Shown piece by piece: positions 1-9,636 of a DNA stretch of 64,000 nt (positions within the stretch are counted from its first letter, which is position 1; each line of letters opens with the position of its first letter). The notes beneath the pieces were generated by a model. The model searched no databases. It was given only the letters and a program-made list of their open reading frames with translations, and had not been told where the DNA came from. Source of the stretch: Rhodospirillaceae bacterium (GTDB taxonomy: Bacteria > Pseudomonadota > Alphaproteobacteria > Rhodospirillales > Rhodospirillaceae); NCBI GenBank assembly GCA_963662375.2, contig CAXXRP010000008.1, positions 7,738 through 71,737 of the forward strand, given 5' to 3'. The position numbers and the translations under genes are program-made.

Positions 1-759
1 ACCCGCGGTTGCGAGGATCGTACGCAGGTCCTTGACCTGCATGCGCGTCGGCCCGCCGGGTACAAAATTACGATCGAGCATGCGCTGGCCGTGAAGTTTC
101 AAAATCGCGCTATCGGCAAAGCCGCCGCTAAGTGCCTCGCGCACCTTGGCGGGATTCGCACCGCCGGTAGCAGCCAACAACAAGGCCTCGGATACGGCGC
201 CGATGGTTACGGCGACGATAGTCTGATTGGCCAGCTTAGCCAGTTGCCCAGCTCCGCTGGGGCCGATCAATGTTGGTCTTCCCATCACCTCCAGCACCTG
301 CCGCGCTCGCTCGAACGCTTCGAGTGACCCGCCCGCCATGATCGCCAACGCGCCTTCTGCTGCACCCTTGGTTCCGCCTGAAACGGGCGCATCCAAATGC
401 ATAATGCTTTGCTTGGCCAAGCGCGCCGAATGGTCCCGGGCTGTGGCGGGGGGGATGGAGCTCATATCCGCCACGATGGCACCCGGCGAAAGGGTACCGG
501 CTACGCCGCCATCGAAAAGGACACCTCCAACCGCGGGACCATCCGCCAGCATGGTGATGACCATGTCGGCATCGGTTGCTGCCTCGGCGGGGCTTGCGGT
601 GGACCTAGCACCCTTGGCCACAAGCGCCCGAACTTTTTCTGCGGTTCGGTTCCAGACGGTGAGGGAACAACCTGCGTTCAACAAGCGCGCGGCCATGGGT
701 TCACCCATCAGGCCGGTGCCCAGCAGCGCAACAGATTGTACTTGATTGTGACCGCTCAT
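1..759 (-). CDS. NAD(P)-dependent oxidoreductase, 3-hydroxyisobutyrate/6-phosphogluconate dehydrogenase-like family (3' end beyond window edge)
   Basis: Absent from the ORF track because it runs off the left edge. My reverse translation from the ATG at 759 gives MSGHNQVQSVALLGTGLMGEPMAARLLNAGCSLTVWNRTAEKVRALVAKGAR..., the GxGxMGxxMA Rossmann signature of this family. The listed + strand ORFs 227..745 and 397..786 are Ala/Pro/Arg-rich antisense artefacts. Confidence 0.75.
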   Translation of the reverse strand, partial: MSGHNQVQSVALLGTGLMGEPMAARLLNAGCSLTVWNRTAEKVRALVAKGARSTASPAEAATDADMVITMLADGPAVGGVLFDGGVAGTLSPGAIVADMSSIPPATARDHSARLAKQSIMHLDAPVSGGTKGAAEGALAIMAGGSLEAFERARQVLEVMGRPTLIGPSGAGQLAKLANQTIVAVTIGAVSEALLLAATGGANPAKVREALSGGFADSAILKLHGQRMLDRNFVPGGPTRMQVKDLRTILATAG

Positions 760-892
760 GACGCCCCCCATGTATCTTTATGCTAAGGGACTGTACGCGT
801 TATTGCGCTGCGGTGCCGCTACTCTCGTCCAATGCCAATGCTCTTTGGAAGGCGGGCCGCATTGTGCGTCGCGCGTCATAAGCGTTACTCGA

Positions 893-1489
893 CTATTTTT
901 GGCCGGTCACTTGTTTTTGCATTTCGTTCAGCAGGCCGTCGAAGCCGCCAACGCGCGTAATGACCGTCGAATATTCTTGCCGGTATGTAATCGCCATGCT
1001 CACGCCCTCGACAATCACATCTACCACCTGATACTCCGGATTTCGCACTCGCAGACGCCAATTCACCCTGATTGTCGTGCCATTATTGCCGATGATCTCC
1101 GATTTCACAATGGCGCCCTTGTCGCCGTCGGACACGGTGCTGCTCACTTGAAGCGATTGACCGTTGAATTCAGAAAAGCGCCGCGACCACGTTTGCACGA
1201 TGACATCCCCAAAAAGGGCGTTAAATTTTTCCTTTTGCTCGGCCGACGTCAGGCGCCAATAACGGCCCAGAACAAACCGGCCGATATAAGGTACGTCAAA
1301 GTATTCCTCGAACATGGCGCGGAAGCGCCGTTGCTTTTCTTCATCAGGAATTTCTGCGGCGAGGATATCGGAGATGCTTTTCTGAGAGAATTCGCTAATA
1401 AACGTCGCGGGATCAAGCGCCCAGGCCTGATTGAGCGGCGCGAGCATCATTAGGGCGGCAAACCAGGGTACGATGAGACGGTAAAACAT
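893..1489 (-). CDS. mlaC: MlaC/Ttg2D-family periplasmic phospholipid-binding protein
   Basis: Signal-peptide-like N-terminus MFYRLIVPWFAALMMLAPLNQAWA. Family-typical core GRFVLGRYWRLTSAEQKEKF ... YQVVDVIVEGVSMAITYRQEY. Start trimmed from 1639 to the internal ATG at 1489. Adjacent to mlaA. Confidence 0.8.
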   Translation of the reverse strand: MFYRLIVPWFAALMMLAPLNQAWALDPATFISEFSQKSISDILAAEIPDEEKQRRFRAMFEEYFDVPYIGRFVLGRYWRLTSAEQKEKFNALFGDVIVQTWSRRFSEFNGQSLQVSSTVSDGDKGAIVKSEIIGNNGTTIRVNWRLRVRNPEYQVVDVIVEGVSMAITYRQEYSTVITRVGGFDGLLNEMQKQVTGQK

Positions 1490-1529
1490 AGCGGCGCGTC
1501 CTAGAAAAAATTCATAGGTCTGCTGAACT

Positions 1530-2414
1530 TTAATTCGAGTTGGCGAGTGTACCCTGCGTTTCTGGCAAAACGGAGGAGGCCTCGCCGAAATGGGCGCGGG
1601 TATCGGCACCCATTTCGGCGAAATCCTCGAAGTCGTCAAAATATTCCAACGGCGCTGGTGCGCCGTTGCGGATTTCGTCCGCCCTGATCTGCCGATATGC
1701 TGACCTCAGCGCGGCGTAATAGTCGAGTGATGATTTCTGTAATTCATCCGTCGCGTCCATCGTTGTATCTTTGGTTGTGACGAGCAGCATACCGAAGCGG
1801 CCCCACTGCGCCCATTTCAAATTGTTCCGTGGGTTGCCGAGAAACCAACTCAGGGGGTCCACTAGGAACGCATCAACGATAAATCCGAACCAATCGCGGA
1901 AATTAGATGGTCCGAACAATGGAACGTAAAAGTAGGGCCCTTCCTCTGCCCCCCACACGGCCATAGTCTGGCCGAAATCTTCGGTGTGATGGGGCAGGCC
2001 GATTTGTTCGCCTACGTCGAATAACCCGAAAACGCCCACAGTTGAATTCACAACGATCCGGCCCATCGTATCACCCGCCCGTTTCACATCGCCTTGTAAC
2101 ACATCATGAAGCAGTATGATCGGAGACCGGATATGATTCATAAAATTGTTCACGCTTTTGCGCCCGCAGTCTGGCACGACGGCGCGGTAGCCCGTGATGA
2201 TTGGGAGCACCAGAACCTTGTCGAGCGCTTGGTCTGCCTTGAAAAGCATGCGGTTCAGAGGTTCCAACGGGTCGTTGGCCTCCTCAAACGCGGCGACGGC
2301 GAATGGGTCGTCCGCCGGCGGGCGCGTGGCGCAGGCCGTCAGGGCTGCGGAAGCCGTTACCATAAGTATTACGGAAATGTAGCTGGGGGCAGTTCCATTA
2401 CACGAATTTTTCAC
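1530..2414 (-). CDS. mlaA: MlaA/VacJ-family outer-membrane lipoprotein
   Basis: Lipobox AALTAC. Conserved VacJ core NDPLEPLNRMLF...NNFMNHIRSPIILLHDVLQG...NSTVGVFGLFDV. The start is uncertain: GTG at 2414 gives a plausible signal peptide and ATG at 2363 is the alternative. The longer 2630 start is unlikely. Confidence 0.8.
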   Translation of the reverse strand: MKNSCNGTAPSYISVILMVTASAALTACATRPPADDPFAVAAFEEANDPLEPLNRMLFKADQALDKVLVLPIITGYRAVVPDCGRKSVNNFMNHIRSPIILLHDVLQGDVKRAGDTMGRIVVNSTVGVFGLFDVGEQIGLPHHTEDFGQTMAVWGAEEGPYFYVPLFGPSNFRDWFGFIVDAFLVDPLSWFLGNPRNNLKWAQWGRFGMLLVTTKDTTMDATDELQKSSLDYYAALRSAYRQIRADEIRNGAPAPLEYFDDFEDFAEMGADTRAHFGEASSVLPETQGTLANSN

Positions 2415-2692
2415 AGCCTTCGGCGCCCTATGAATCGATAAAAAACCTATATTTTGCACGGCCCTATGTGCTCCAGCGGAGTGGCTAAGTAGCACGTGCG
2501 CCTGCACAAGACTAGCTAGATTTGCGGGGGTGGGCCATGCAGAAATGCAGCCGAATTCCTTCCGGCAATTATGCATTTTTGCCGGTAGGTGCTGTGGATA
2601 AATGCCGTCGGACCAAAAGGGTTGGCCCATTACAGGCGTCTTGGTACATAGCTTTCAGTTTCTTGTTTACATGCAGTCTCGGTGTCATTGTG

Positions 2693-3628
2693 ATGCCCTC
2701 GTGGAGTGAAGGATGTTCATACGTGACGAATTCCTCTGATCCAGGCTTGGCATCTCCGCTTGGTGCCATACCCGAAGGTGTGCGGGTCTCGTTCGAATTT
2801 TTTCCACCAAAAACGGAGAAAATGCAGGACCAACTCTGGGCATCTATCGAGAGACTGGCGCCTTTAAGCCCCCACTTTGTATCTGTCACTTACGGTGCGG
2901 GCGGATCGACCCGCGAGCGCACTCACGAAACAGTAGTACGGATTCAAAACGAAAAAGGCCTGCAAGCGGCGGCGCACCTCACCTGCGTGGGCGCCACACG
3001 TGCTGAGGTCGATTTGGTGGCACAGCACTACTGGGACTCCGGCATTCGCCATATCGTTGCACTTCGTGGGGATCCGCCGGAAGGGGAAGCGAGTTACTCG
3101 CCTTATCCCAGTGGCTACACCTATGCTGTCGACCTCGTGGCCGGGCTAAAAAAAGTTGCGGATTTTGAAGTCAGCGTCGCCGCGTTCCCCGAACCACACC
3201 CGGAGGCGACCAGCGCCGATGCGGACTTGGACAACCTGAAGCGAAAGATTGATGCCGGTGCATCACGCGCCATCACCCAGTTTTTTTTCGATCCCGACGT
3301 CTACCGCCGCTTCCGTGATCGTGCGGTTGCGGTGGGCGTCACGGTTCCCATAGTGCCGGGGCTTATGCCGGTGATGAACTTCGTACAAATGTGCAATTTT
3401 GCGGGGAAGGCAGGCGCGAGTGTACCGCCATGGATGCACGATATATTTGGTGGGTTGGAAAATAATGTGGAGACCCGCCGGTTGGTGGCTGCGTCCGTAG
3501 CCGCCTCACAGGTACGCGCCCTAGTTCGTGACGGTGTGTCGGAATTTCATTTCTATACGCTGAACCGCGCCGATCTCACCTATGCTATTTGCCATATCCT
3601 TGGAATTCGCCCGAAGAGTTCCGGCTAA
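2693..3628 (+). CDS. metF: 5,10-methylenetetrahydrofolate reductase
   Basis: VSFEFFPPKTEKM...FVSVTYGAGGSTRERTHE...AAHLTCVGATRAEV...IRHIVALRGDPP are canonical MetF motifs. Start trimmed to the ATG at 2693, giving about 311 aa. Confidence 0.9.
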   Translation: MPSWSEGCSYVTNSSDPGLASPLGAIPEGVRVSFEFFPPKTEKMQDQLWASIERLAPLSPHFVSVTYGAGGSTRERTHETVVRIQNEKGLQAAAHLTCVGATRAEVDLVAQHYWDSGIRHIVALRGDPPEGEASYSPYPSGYTYAVDLVAGLKKVADFEVSVAAFPEPHPEATSADADLDNLKRKIDAGASRAITQFFFDPDVYRRFRDRAVAVGVTVPIVPGLMPVMNFVQMCNFAGKAGASVPPWMHDIFGGLENNVETRRLVAASVAASQVRALVRDGVSEFHFYTLNRADLTYAICHILGIRPKSSG

Positions 3629-3639
3629 TATAGAGGACG

Positions 3640-5919
3640 ATGTCTGATCCTTTCGATCTTGCGGCCGAGCACGCGGATGAACCGGCGTTAACCCGGCCCT
3701 CAGCACCGCCATCCTGGATTGACGATCTCAACCCCGAGCAGCGTGAAGCGGTTCAGGCCACAGATGGGCCGGTGCTGGTGCTCTCGGGCGCTGGTACGGG
3801 TAAAACCCGCGTGCTAACCACGCGCCTGTCTTACATTCTCGCGCAACGCCTCGCGCGGCCCTGGCAGATTTTGGCGGTAACCTTTACCAACCGAGCCGCG
3901 CGAGAGATGCGCGAGCGCGTCACCGTCCTGGTGGGGCCGACGGCTGAAGCGATTTGGTTGGGCACTTTTCACGCACTTGGTGTGCGAATCCTTCGTCGGC
4001 ACAGCGAACTGATCGGCGTCAAATCCAACTTTACCATTCTCGATTCCGATGACCAGCTGCGCCTTCTGAAGCAGATCATGGAGGCCGACAACACCGACCC
4101 CAAGAAATGGCCAGCGCAGGCGCTCATGGCTGTTATTCAGCGTTGGAAGGATCGGGGCTTGACCCCCGACTGCGTCGGTCACGACAGCGGTAACGACTAC
4201 GCGGCGGGCCGTGCCGTTTCGTTGTATCGGGCCTATCAGAAGCGCCTGATGACGCTCAACGCCTGCGATTTCGGCGATTTACTCCTGCACTGCCTGACAC
4301 TGTTCCAAAAACAACCCGACGTCCTCACCGAATATCAGGACAGATTTCATTACGTTATGGTGGACGAGTACCAGGACACCAATGTGGCCCAGTATCTCTG
4401 GCTGCGTCTGTTGACCCAGTCCCGACGCAACCTTTGTTGTGTGGGTGATGACGACCAGTCCATCTACTCCTGGCGGGGCGCCGAAGTAGGTAACATCCTG
4501 CGTTTTGAGAAAGATTTTACAGACGCCAAGGTCATCCGCCTGGAGCGCAACTACCGATCAACACCGACGATCCTCGCGGCGGCTTCGCACCTCATCACTC
4601 ACAACGAAGATCGGTTGGGCAAGACGCTGCTTCCTGCGCACGGCGATGCAGTGGACCCGGGCTCGCCCATCAAGCTGCGTGGCTTGTGGGACGGGCAGGG
4701 GGAAGCCCGCTGGGTTGTCGACGAGATCGAATCCCTTCAGCGTGATGGTCACAAATTGACGGAAATTTCTATCCTGGTGCGTGCGGGTTTCCAAATGCTC
4801 GAATTCGAAGAACGGCTGATCACCACCGGTGTGCCATACCGCGTCGTTGGGGGGCCGAGATTTTACGAACGCATGGAAATCCGGGATGCCATCGCTTATC
4901 TACGCATTATTTTTCAGCCCGACGACGACCTGGCCTTCGAACGCATCGTCAACAAGCCCAAGCGTGGGATCGGTCAGACCACGATCCAGAAAATTCATGT
5001 CCTGGCTCGGGCGCAATCAATCTCACTCATGGAAGCGGCCATGCGCATGATCGAGACTGACGAATTGCGCACCCAAGCACGCAGCACCCTTCGCGCCCTG
5101 ATCGCTGATTTCGCTCGCTGGCGCAGTTTGGCCGATACGATGACGTCGGCTGAGCTTGCAGGCATGGTGCTAGAGGAGTCCGGCTACATCGACATGTGGC
5201 AGAAGGATAAATCCCCCGAAGCACCGGGGCGGCTTGACAACCTGCGCGAATTCGTAACCGGTCTTGAGGAGTGGGGCAGCATCGCTGAGTTCGTAGAACA
5301 CGTAAGTTTGGTCATGGATAACGATGCGCAATCGAACGACGAGGGCATTACCCTTATGACTTTGCACGCAGCTAAGGGCTTGGAGTTCGACACCGTCTTT
5401 CTCCCCGGTTGGGAAGAGGATATTTTCCCAAACCGCCGGTCCCTGGATGAGTGCGGGCAAAAGTCGTTGGAGGAGGAGCGGCGGCTGGCCTATGTGGGGC
5501 TGACGCGTGCGCGCAAACGGGTGTTCGTATCTTTTGCTGCCAACCGGCGAGTCTACAATCAGTGGCAGTCCAGCATTCCATCGCGGTTCATTTCGGAGCT
5601 GCCCAAAGACGCGGTGGAGGAGGAGTCCGATGCCGGCCTATATGGCCAGAGCGGCGGTGGTTTTGGCTGGCCGGGGGTTTCTGAGGGCGGCGTGTCACGG
5701 GCTGGGACCGGCATGCGCTGGGCGCCGCGGCTAATCGAGGGCGAGAGTTACAACATCACACCTCGGGACGAGGCGTCCGCCTTTCAACCCGGCGACCGTA
5801 TCTTTCATCAAAAGTTCGGCTACGGGACCATCGAAGAGATTGAAGGCTCAAAGTTGGAAATCGCTTTCGAAAAAGCCGGACGCAAGAAGGTTTTGGATAG
5901 CTTCGTCCAGTCTGCTTGA
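3640..5919 (+). CDS. uvrD: UvrD/PcrA-type ATP-dependent DNA helicase II
   Basis: SF1 helicase motifs: Walker A LSGAGTGKTRVLT, motif II VMVDEYQDTN, YRSTPTIL, and LMTLHAAKGLEFDTVFLPGWEE...RRLAYVGLTRARKRV. Confidence 0.9.
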   Translation: MSDPFDLAAEHADEPALTRPSAPPSWIDDLNPEQREAVQATDGPVLVLSGAGTGKTRVLTTRLSYILAQRLARPWQILAVTFTNRAAREMRERVTVLVGPTAEAIWLGTFHALGVRILRRHSELIGVKSNFTILDSDDQLRLLKQIMEADNTDPKKWPAQALMAVIQRWKDRGLTPDCVGHDSGNDYAAGRAVSLYRAYQKRLMTLNACDFGDLLLHCLTLFQKQPDVLTEYQDRFHYVMVDEYQDTNVAQYLWLRLLTQSRRNLCCVGDDDQSIYSWRGAEVGNILRFEKDFTDAKVIRLERNYRSTPTILAAASHLITHNEDRLGKTLLPAHGDAVDPGSPIKLRGLWDGQGEARWVVDEIESLQRDGHKLTEISILVRAGFQMLEFEERLITTGVPYRVVGGPRFYERMEIRDAIAYLRIIFQPDDDLAFERIVNKPKRGIGQTTIQKIHVLARAQSISLMEAAMRMIETDELRTQARSTLRALIADFARWRSLADTMTSAELAGMVLEESGYIDMWQKDKSPEAPGRLDNLREFVTGLEEWGSIAEFVEHVSLVMDNDAQSNDEGITLMTLHAAKGLEFDTVFLPGWEEDIFPNRRSLDECGQKSLEEERRLAYVGLTRARKRVFVSFAANRRVYNQWQSSIPSRFISELPKDAVEEESDAGLYGQSGGGFGWPGVSEGGVSRAGTGMRWAPRLIEGESYNITPRDEASAFQPGDRIFHQKFGYGTIEEIEGSKLEIAFEKAGRKKVLDSFVQSA

Positions 5920-6157
5920 GGGGCTTTATTCGCTAATCTATGCGTAGCGTCATCAAAACTTAGCCGAAACGGCCACTCCCTGGCCGCGTAAAGCTAGGTA
6001 CGATTTTATATTTTTCAATAGGTTATATGGATTCCGCTGCGTGGCACGGCACTTGATAATGAGAAGACGTGCCGTCCATTGGGTGTGCGTCGTCGGAATA
6101 TTTGGAACAGAAGACTTGTTAAACTAACGGAGAGTTTAGCCCATCTTGTTTGTCATT

Positions 6158-7138
6158 TTAGGCGGCGGATTTGCGGTGTTGCAAGCGCCGTTGGTTGATG
6201 GTTTTTCGTTTGATCCTTTCCCGTTCGAGTAAAATGGTTTCACCGCGTCCGAAGTAGACATCAGCAGGTGTCAGATTGCCGAGGCTCTCATGGTAGCGGT
6301 GGTTGTTGTAGGAGGTGACGAAGCGCCCGATATTTGCTTTGAGATCGCCCGGTAGGAAGTAGTTCTCCAACAAGATGCGGTTTTTCAAGGTCTGATGCCA
6401 ACGTTCGATCTTGCCCTGTGTCTGTGGGTGATAGGGGGCTCCGCAAACGTGATCCATGCCTTTGTCATTCAGCCACTCGGCGAGCTCGCCAGAGATGTAA
6501 GACGCCCCATTGTCTGACAGCAGCCGTGGCTTGTGACGGACATTGACCTGATCACAGCCAGAGGCCTGTAAGGCCAGTTCCAATGTGTCAGTCACATCGC
6601 CGGCCTTCATGGTCGTGCAGAGCTTCCAGGCGATGATGTAACGCGAGTAATCATCCAGGATGGTCGAAAGATAAAACCAGCCCCAACCGATGACCTTGAT
6701 GTAGGTGAAGTCAGTTTGCCACATCTGGTTGATACAGCTCGTCTTGTCTTTGAACTCACTGCTCGCCTTAATCACCACAAACGCAGGGCTGGTGATCAGG
6801 TCATGGGACTTCAACAGCCGATAGACGGAAGCTTCTGAGACGAAGTAGGCCTGCGTATCTGTGAACCGCACAGCCAATTCCCGGGGTGACAGGTCAGGCT
6901 CTTCCAGAGCGAGGTCAACGATCCGGTCACGAATGTCGTCAGGAATACGGTTCCACACCCGCGATGGCTTGGGAGCTTTATCCTCCAATGCCGCCACACC
7001 GCCATCCAGATACTTGTCGTACCAGCGGTAAAACGTCGTGCGCGAAATGCCGAGCTTATCCAACGTACGCTTGGCAGGCAGGTGCGAGTGTTCAGCCAGC
7101 CGGATGATCTCAAGCTTCTCGGAGGATGGGTATCTCAT
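6158..7138 (-). CDS. IS3-family transposase OrfB (HTH plus DDE/rve integrase core)
   Basis: DDE-type core WQTDFTYIKV...LLSDNGASYIS...YHPQTQGKIERWHQTLK. Its start overlaps the orfA stop (ATGA). It is in the -1 frame relative to orfA. Confidence 0.9.
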   Translation of the reverse strand: MRYPSSEKLEIIRLAEHSHLPAKRTLDKLGISRTTFYRWYDKYLDGGVAALEDKAPKPSRVWNRIPDDIRDRIVDLALEEPDLSPRELAVRFTDTQAYFVSEASVYRLLKSHDLITSPAFVVIKASSEFKDKTSCINQMWQTDFTYIKVIGWGWFYLSTILDDYSRYIIAWKLCTTMKAGDVTDTLELALQASGCDQVNVRHKPRLLSDNGASYISGELAEWLNDKGMDHVCGAPYHPQTQGKIERWHQTLKNRILLENYFLPGDLKANIGRFVTSYNNHRYHESLGNLTPADVYFGRGETILLERERIKRKTINQRRLQHRKSAA

Positions 7139-7464
7139 TCCTCGTCTCCCCCATCCCCGATCATGCTTTTTTTGAGCAGACGCAGTTCAAGCGCCTGTTC
7201 GGCTACGACCTCCTTGAGATCACGAGCCTCACGGCGAAGGTCCTTCACCTCGCCGGTATTAGCCTCACGCGCCGTATCGCCGGGCAATCGCTTCTTCCCA
7301 GCCTCAAGGAACTCCTTCGACCAGCTGTAATACAGACCCTGGGCAATGCCCTCCTGGCAACACAACTCGGCAATGCTGTCCTCGCCCCGCAATCCGGCTA
7401 GCACAATGCGGATCTTCTCCTCAGAGGAATATCGCTTGCGCGTCTTGCACCAGATGTCCTTCAA
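7135..7464 (-). CDS. IS3-family transposase OrfA (HTH/leucine-zipper)
   Basis: RKRYSSEEKIRIVLAGLRGEDSIAELCCQEGIAQGLYYSWSKEFLEAGKKRL is typical of IS3 OrfA. Uses a TTG start, which is uncertain. Confidence 0.85.
   Translation of the reverse strand: MKDIWCKTRKRYSSEEKIRIVLAGLRGEDSIAELCCQEGIAQGLYYSWSKEFLEAGKKRLPGDTAREANTGEVKDLRREARDLKEVVAEQALELRLLKKSMIGDGGDEE
7166..7173 (-). promoter_or_regulatory. Programmed -1 ribosomal frameshift slippery site (A AAA AAA G) for the OrfAB fusion transposase
   Basis: The minus strand reads CTC AAA AAA AGC. After a -1 slip the frame is open and runs K-H-D-R-G-W-G-R-R-G-M-R-Y-P-S-S-E-K directly into orfB. Confidence 0.7.
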
Positions 7465-7813
7465 AGTCCGCTCGTGTGGCGTCCTGATGACGTTCTGTTC
7501 TATGTCTCATCGTTCACTCCTCAATGGTGACGATGAGCCAAAAACACTCCTTTAGGCAATTACACTAGTTTGTCCCAGTAGTGCTGACGTCAGACAGCCT
7601 GTCACGCGGTGCCATGATGCACCATTTTTTTCAACCGTTTAATGGTGCACCTGACCCAGAATTTTCTTGAGGGCGAGCCGAGGGCCCTATCGCCGACAAT
7701 TCGATTGAGTTCGGCGCGGGAGTAGCTGCGCCGCAATATTCAGCCGATCGAAGGTGATAAAACGGGGCTAGAAGCGTGCCTTTCCATATAACCAGGGGGT
7801 TCAGGCGGCCGCG

Positions 7814-7828
7814 GGTGCGCTGCGCACC
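7814..7828. promoter_or_regulatory. Perfect palindrome GGTGCGC-T-GCGCACC followed by CTATAT, about 95 nt upstream of cofE (candidate operator or -10 region)
   Basis: Read directly from the sequence. CTATAT matches the alphaproteobacterial -10 consensus. No convincing -35 element was found. Confidence 0.25.
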
Positions 7829-7921
7829 GCTATATCTGCTAAAACAAAGAGTAAGGTCGTCACTCGCCGTGAATCAAATTAGAATCACCGCCGAAACGAT
7901 ATTCACAATGATGGGAACGGC

Positions 7922-8680
7922 GTGAGCAAGAAACTAACGATCGAAGCACTTCCAGGCATTTCCAGGGTCAACAAAGGGGCCGATCTTGTAGCCCTGATCG
8001 GGGACGCGATGGACCGATGTGATCGCCGCGCTGCGGACGGAGACGTTTTTGTCATTGCCCAGAAAATCGTCTCGAAGGCCGAAGGCCGAGTAGTCAAACT
8101 TGCCGATGTCAATCCATCGGAAGAGGCGAAGACGCTGGCCCGAAAGACTGATAAGGACCCGCGCTTAGTGGAGCTTATTCTTGGCGAAGCCGACGAAGTT
8201 GTTCGCTACCGCAAGGACGTTCTGGTTGTTGCCCACCGCCTCGGTATTGTACATGCTAACGCTGGCATCGATCGGTCCAATGTTGACAGCGAGGATGTTG
8301 TTCTTTTATTGCCAGAAGCCCCCGATGCCTCGGCAAGGGAGATTCGAAAGGGCCTGGAAGCGCGTTATGGTGTGCGCCTCGGTGTTGTGATTAGCGATAG
8401 CACGGGGCGGGCCTGGCGCATCGGCACCGTTGGCCTCGCCATTGGCGCATCTGGCGTAGAAACCGTACAGGATCTTTTGGGACGGCCGGATCTCTTTGGT
8501 CGACCGCTTGAAGCCACTGTCATTGGGCACGGCGATGAGCTTGCCGCTGCCGCGTCGATCATCATGGGCCAAGCTGATGAAGGGACACCAGTGGTCCTAA
8601 TCAGCGGCTTGCGGGCATCGACGACCAATCAAACTGCGGCTGATCTTTTGCGATCAAAGACTGAGGACTTGTTCCGATGA
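7922..8680 (+). CDS. cofE: Coenzyme F420-0:L-glutamate ligase, stand-alone CofE (no FbiB-type C-terminal domain)
   Basis: GDVFVIAQKIVSKAEGR...VAHRLGIVHANAGIDRSN...VVISDSTGRAWRIGTVGLAIG...DELAAAASIIMGQADEGTPVVLI is CofE-family. It is 252 aa with a GTG start. The stop overlaps the cofD ATG (ATGA). Confidence 0.9.
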   Translation: MSKKLTIEALPGISRVNKGADLVALIGDAMDRCDRRAADGDVFVIAQKIVSKAEGRVVKLADVNPSEEAKTLARKTDKDPRLVELILGEADEVVRYRKDVLVVAHRLGIVHANAGIDRSNVDSEDVVLLLPEAPDASAREIRKGLEARYGVRLGVVISDSTGRAWRIGTVGLAIGASGVETVQDLLGRPDLFGRPLEATVIGHGDELAAAASIIMGQADEGTPVVLISGLRASTTNQTAADLLRSKTEDLFR

Positions 8681-9636
8681 GCGAGCATTTCGTCGCTTTG
8701 TCCGGTGGCATTGGAGGAGGCAAGCTGGCGCTTGGTCTGTCCAGGATTCTTGCGGCGGAAGAACTGACCATTGTAGCCAATACCGGCGATGATTTTGTCC
8801 ATTTGGGGCTACATATAGCGCCAGACCTCGACACCATCATGTATACGCTCGCAGGTGTTTCGAACGCCGAGACCGGGTGGGGTCGTGGCGGTGAAACCTG
8901 GAACTTTATGGCCGCGCTCAAGGGTCTTGGCGGTGAAACCTGGTTCAATCTGGGCGACAAGGATTTGGCCACTCATGTCGAACGCGCTGAACGTTTCCGG
9001 CGGGGCGAGTCTTTGAGCCAGGTCACATCTGCCCTGTCAAGAGCTTTGGGTATCGAACACGCCATCGTGCCAATGAGCGACGATCCGGTTCGTACCATCA
9101 TCAGCACGTCGGATGGCGATCTCGCGTTTCAGCATTATTTTGTGCGTGAGAGATGCGAGCCCCGGATCACTGCTGTTCGCTTCGACGGCGCGGAAGCGGC
9201 CCGGCCCGCTCCTGCTTTTCTTCAGGCATTGGAAGAAGCGGATCTCACAGGTGTAATTATCTGTCCGTCGAATCCCTATGTCAGCATTGATCCCATTCTC
9301 GCATTACCGGGCATCCAGGAGTCGCTGGGCAGTATTGCAGTCCCGGTTGTGGCCGTATCACCGATCATCAAGGGGATGGCCATAAAGGGCCCTACCGCAA
9401 AGATGATGGCCGAATTAGGTATGGAGGCCAATGTCGAAACGGTAGCCCGGCATTACCGTGGCCTTGTCGATGGTATGGTCATTGATGATCAGGACGTTTC
9501 GTCCCGGGCTTCTGTCGAGGCAGAGGGCGCGGTGGTCGGGATCACTAACACGATCATGAATACGCTCACCGATCGAGAAAATCTGGCGCAGTACGTAATC
9601 GATTTCACAAGACAATTGAAACGGTCCGGGCAGTGA
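8677..9636 (+). CDS. cofD: 2-phospho-L-lactate (LPPG:FO) transferase
   Basis: ALSGGIGGGKLALGL...IVANTGDDFVHLGLHIAPDLDTIMYTLAG...GETWNFM...ICPSNPYVSIDPIL are CofD/FbiA hallmarks. Confidence 0.9.
   Translation: MSEHFVALSGGIGGGKLALGLSRILAAEELTIVANTGDDFVHLGLHIAPDLDTIMYTLAGVSNAETGWGRGGETWNFMAALKGLGGETWFNLGDKDLATHVERAERFRRGESLSQVTSALSRALGIEHAIVPMSDDPVRTIISTSDGDLAFQHYFVRERCEPRITAVRFDGAEAARPAPAFLQALEEADLTGVIICPSNPYVSIDPILALPGIQESLGSIAVPVVAVSPIIKGMAIKGPTAKMMAELGMEANVETVARHYRGLVDGMVIDDQDVSSRASVEAEGAVVGITNTIMNTLTDRENLAQYVIDFTRQLKRSGQ

Larger units (their letters stand above)
6103..7577 (-). mobile_element. IS3-family insertion sequence (~1.47 kb)
   Basis: Contains orfA/orfB with an A7G slippery site. 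Imperfect terminal inverted repeats read by eye: TGGAACAGAAGACTTGTTAAACTAACGGAGAGTTT at 6103 versus the reverse complement of the right end, TGGGACAAACTAGTGTAATTGCCTAAAGGAGTGTTT, ending at 7577. The ends are TG...CA as typical for IS3. No clear target-site duplication was seen, so the boundaries are approximate. Confidence 0.7.

Noticed and set aside
2415-2692. A possible riboswitch (SAM-II or SAM-V type) in the ~280-nt region between the divergent mlaA and metF. It contains a CCGGCAA-N10-TTGCCGG hairpin.
   Set aside because: I cannot recognise the conserved SAM-II/SAM-V core or pseudoknot by eye, and a single 7-bp hairpin is not evidence. A covariance-model scan is needed before any call.
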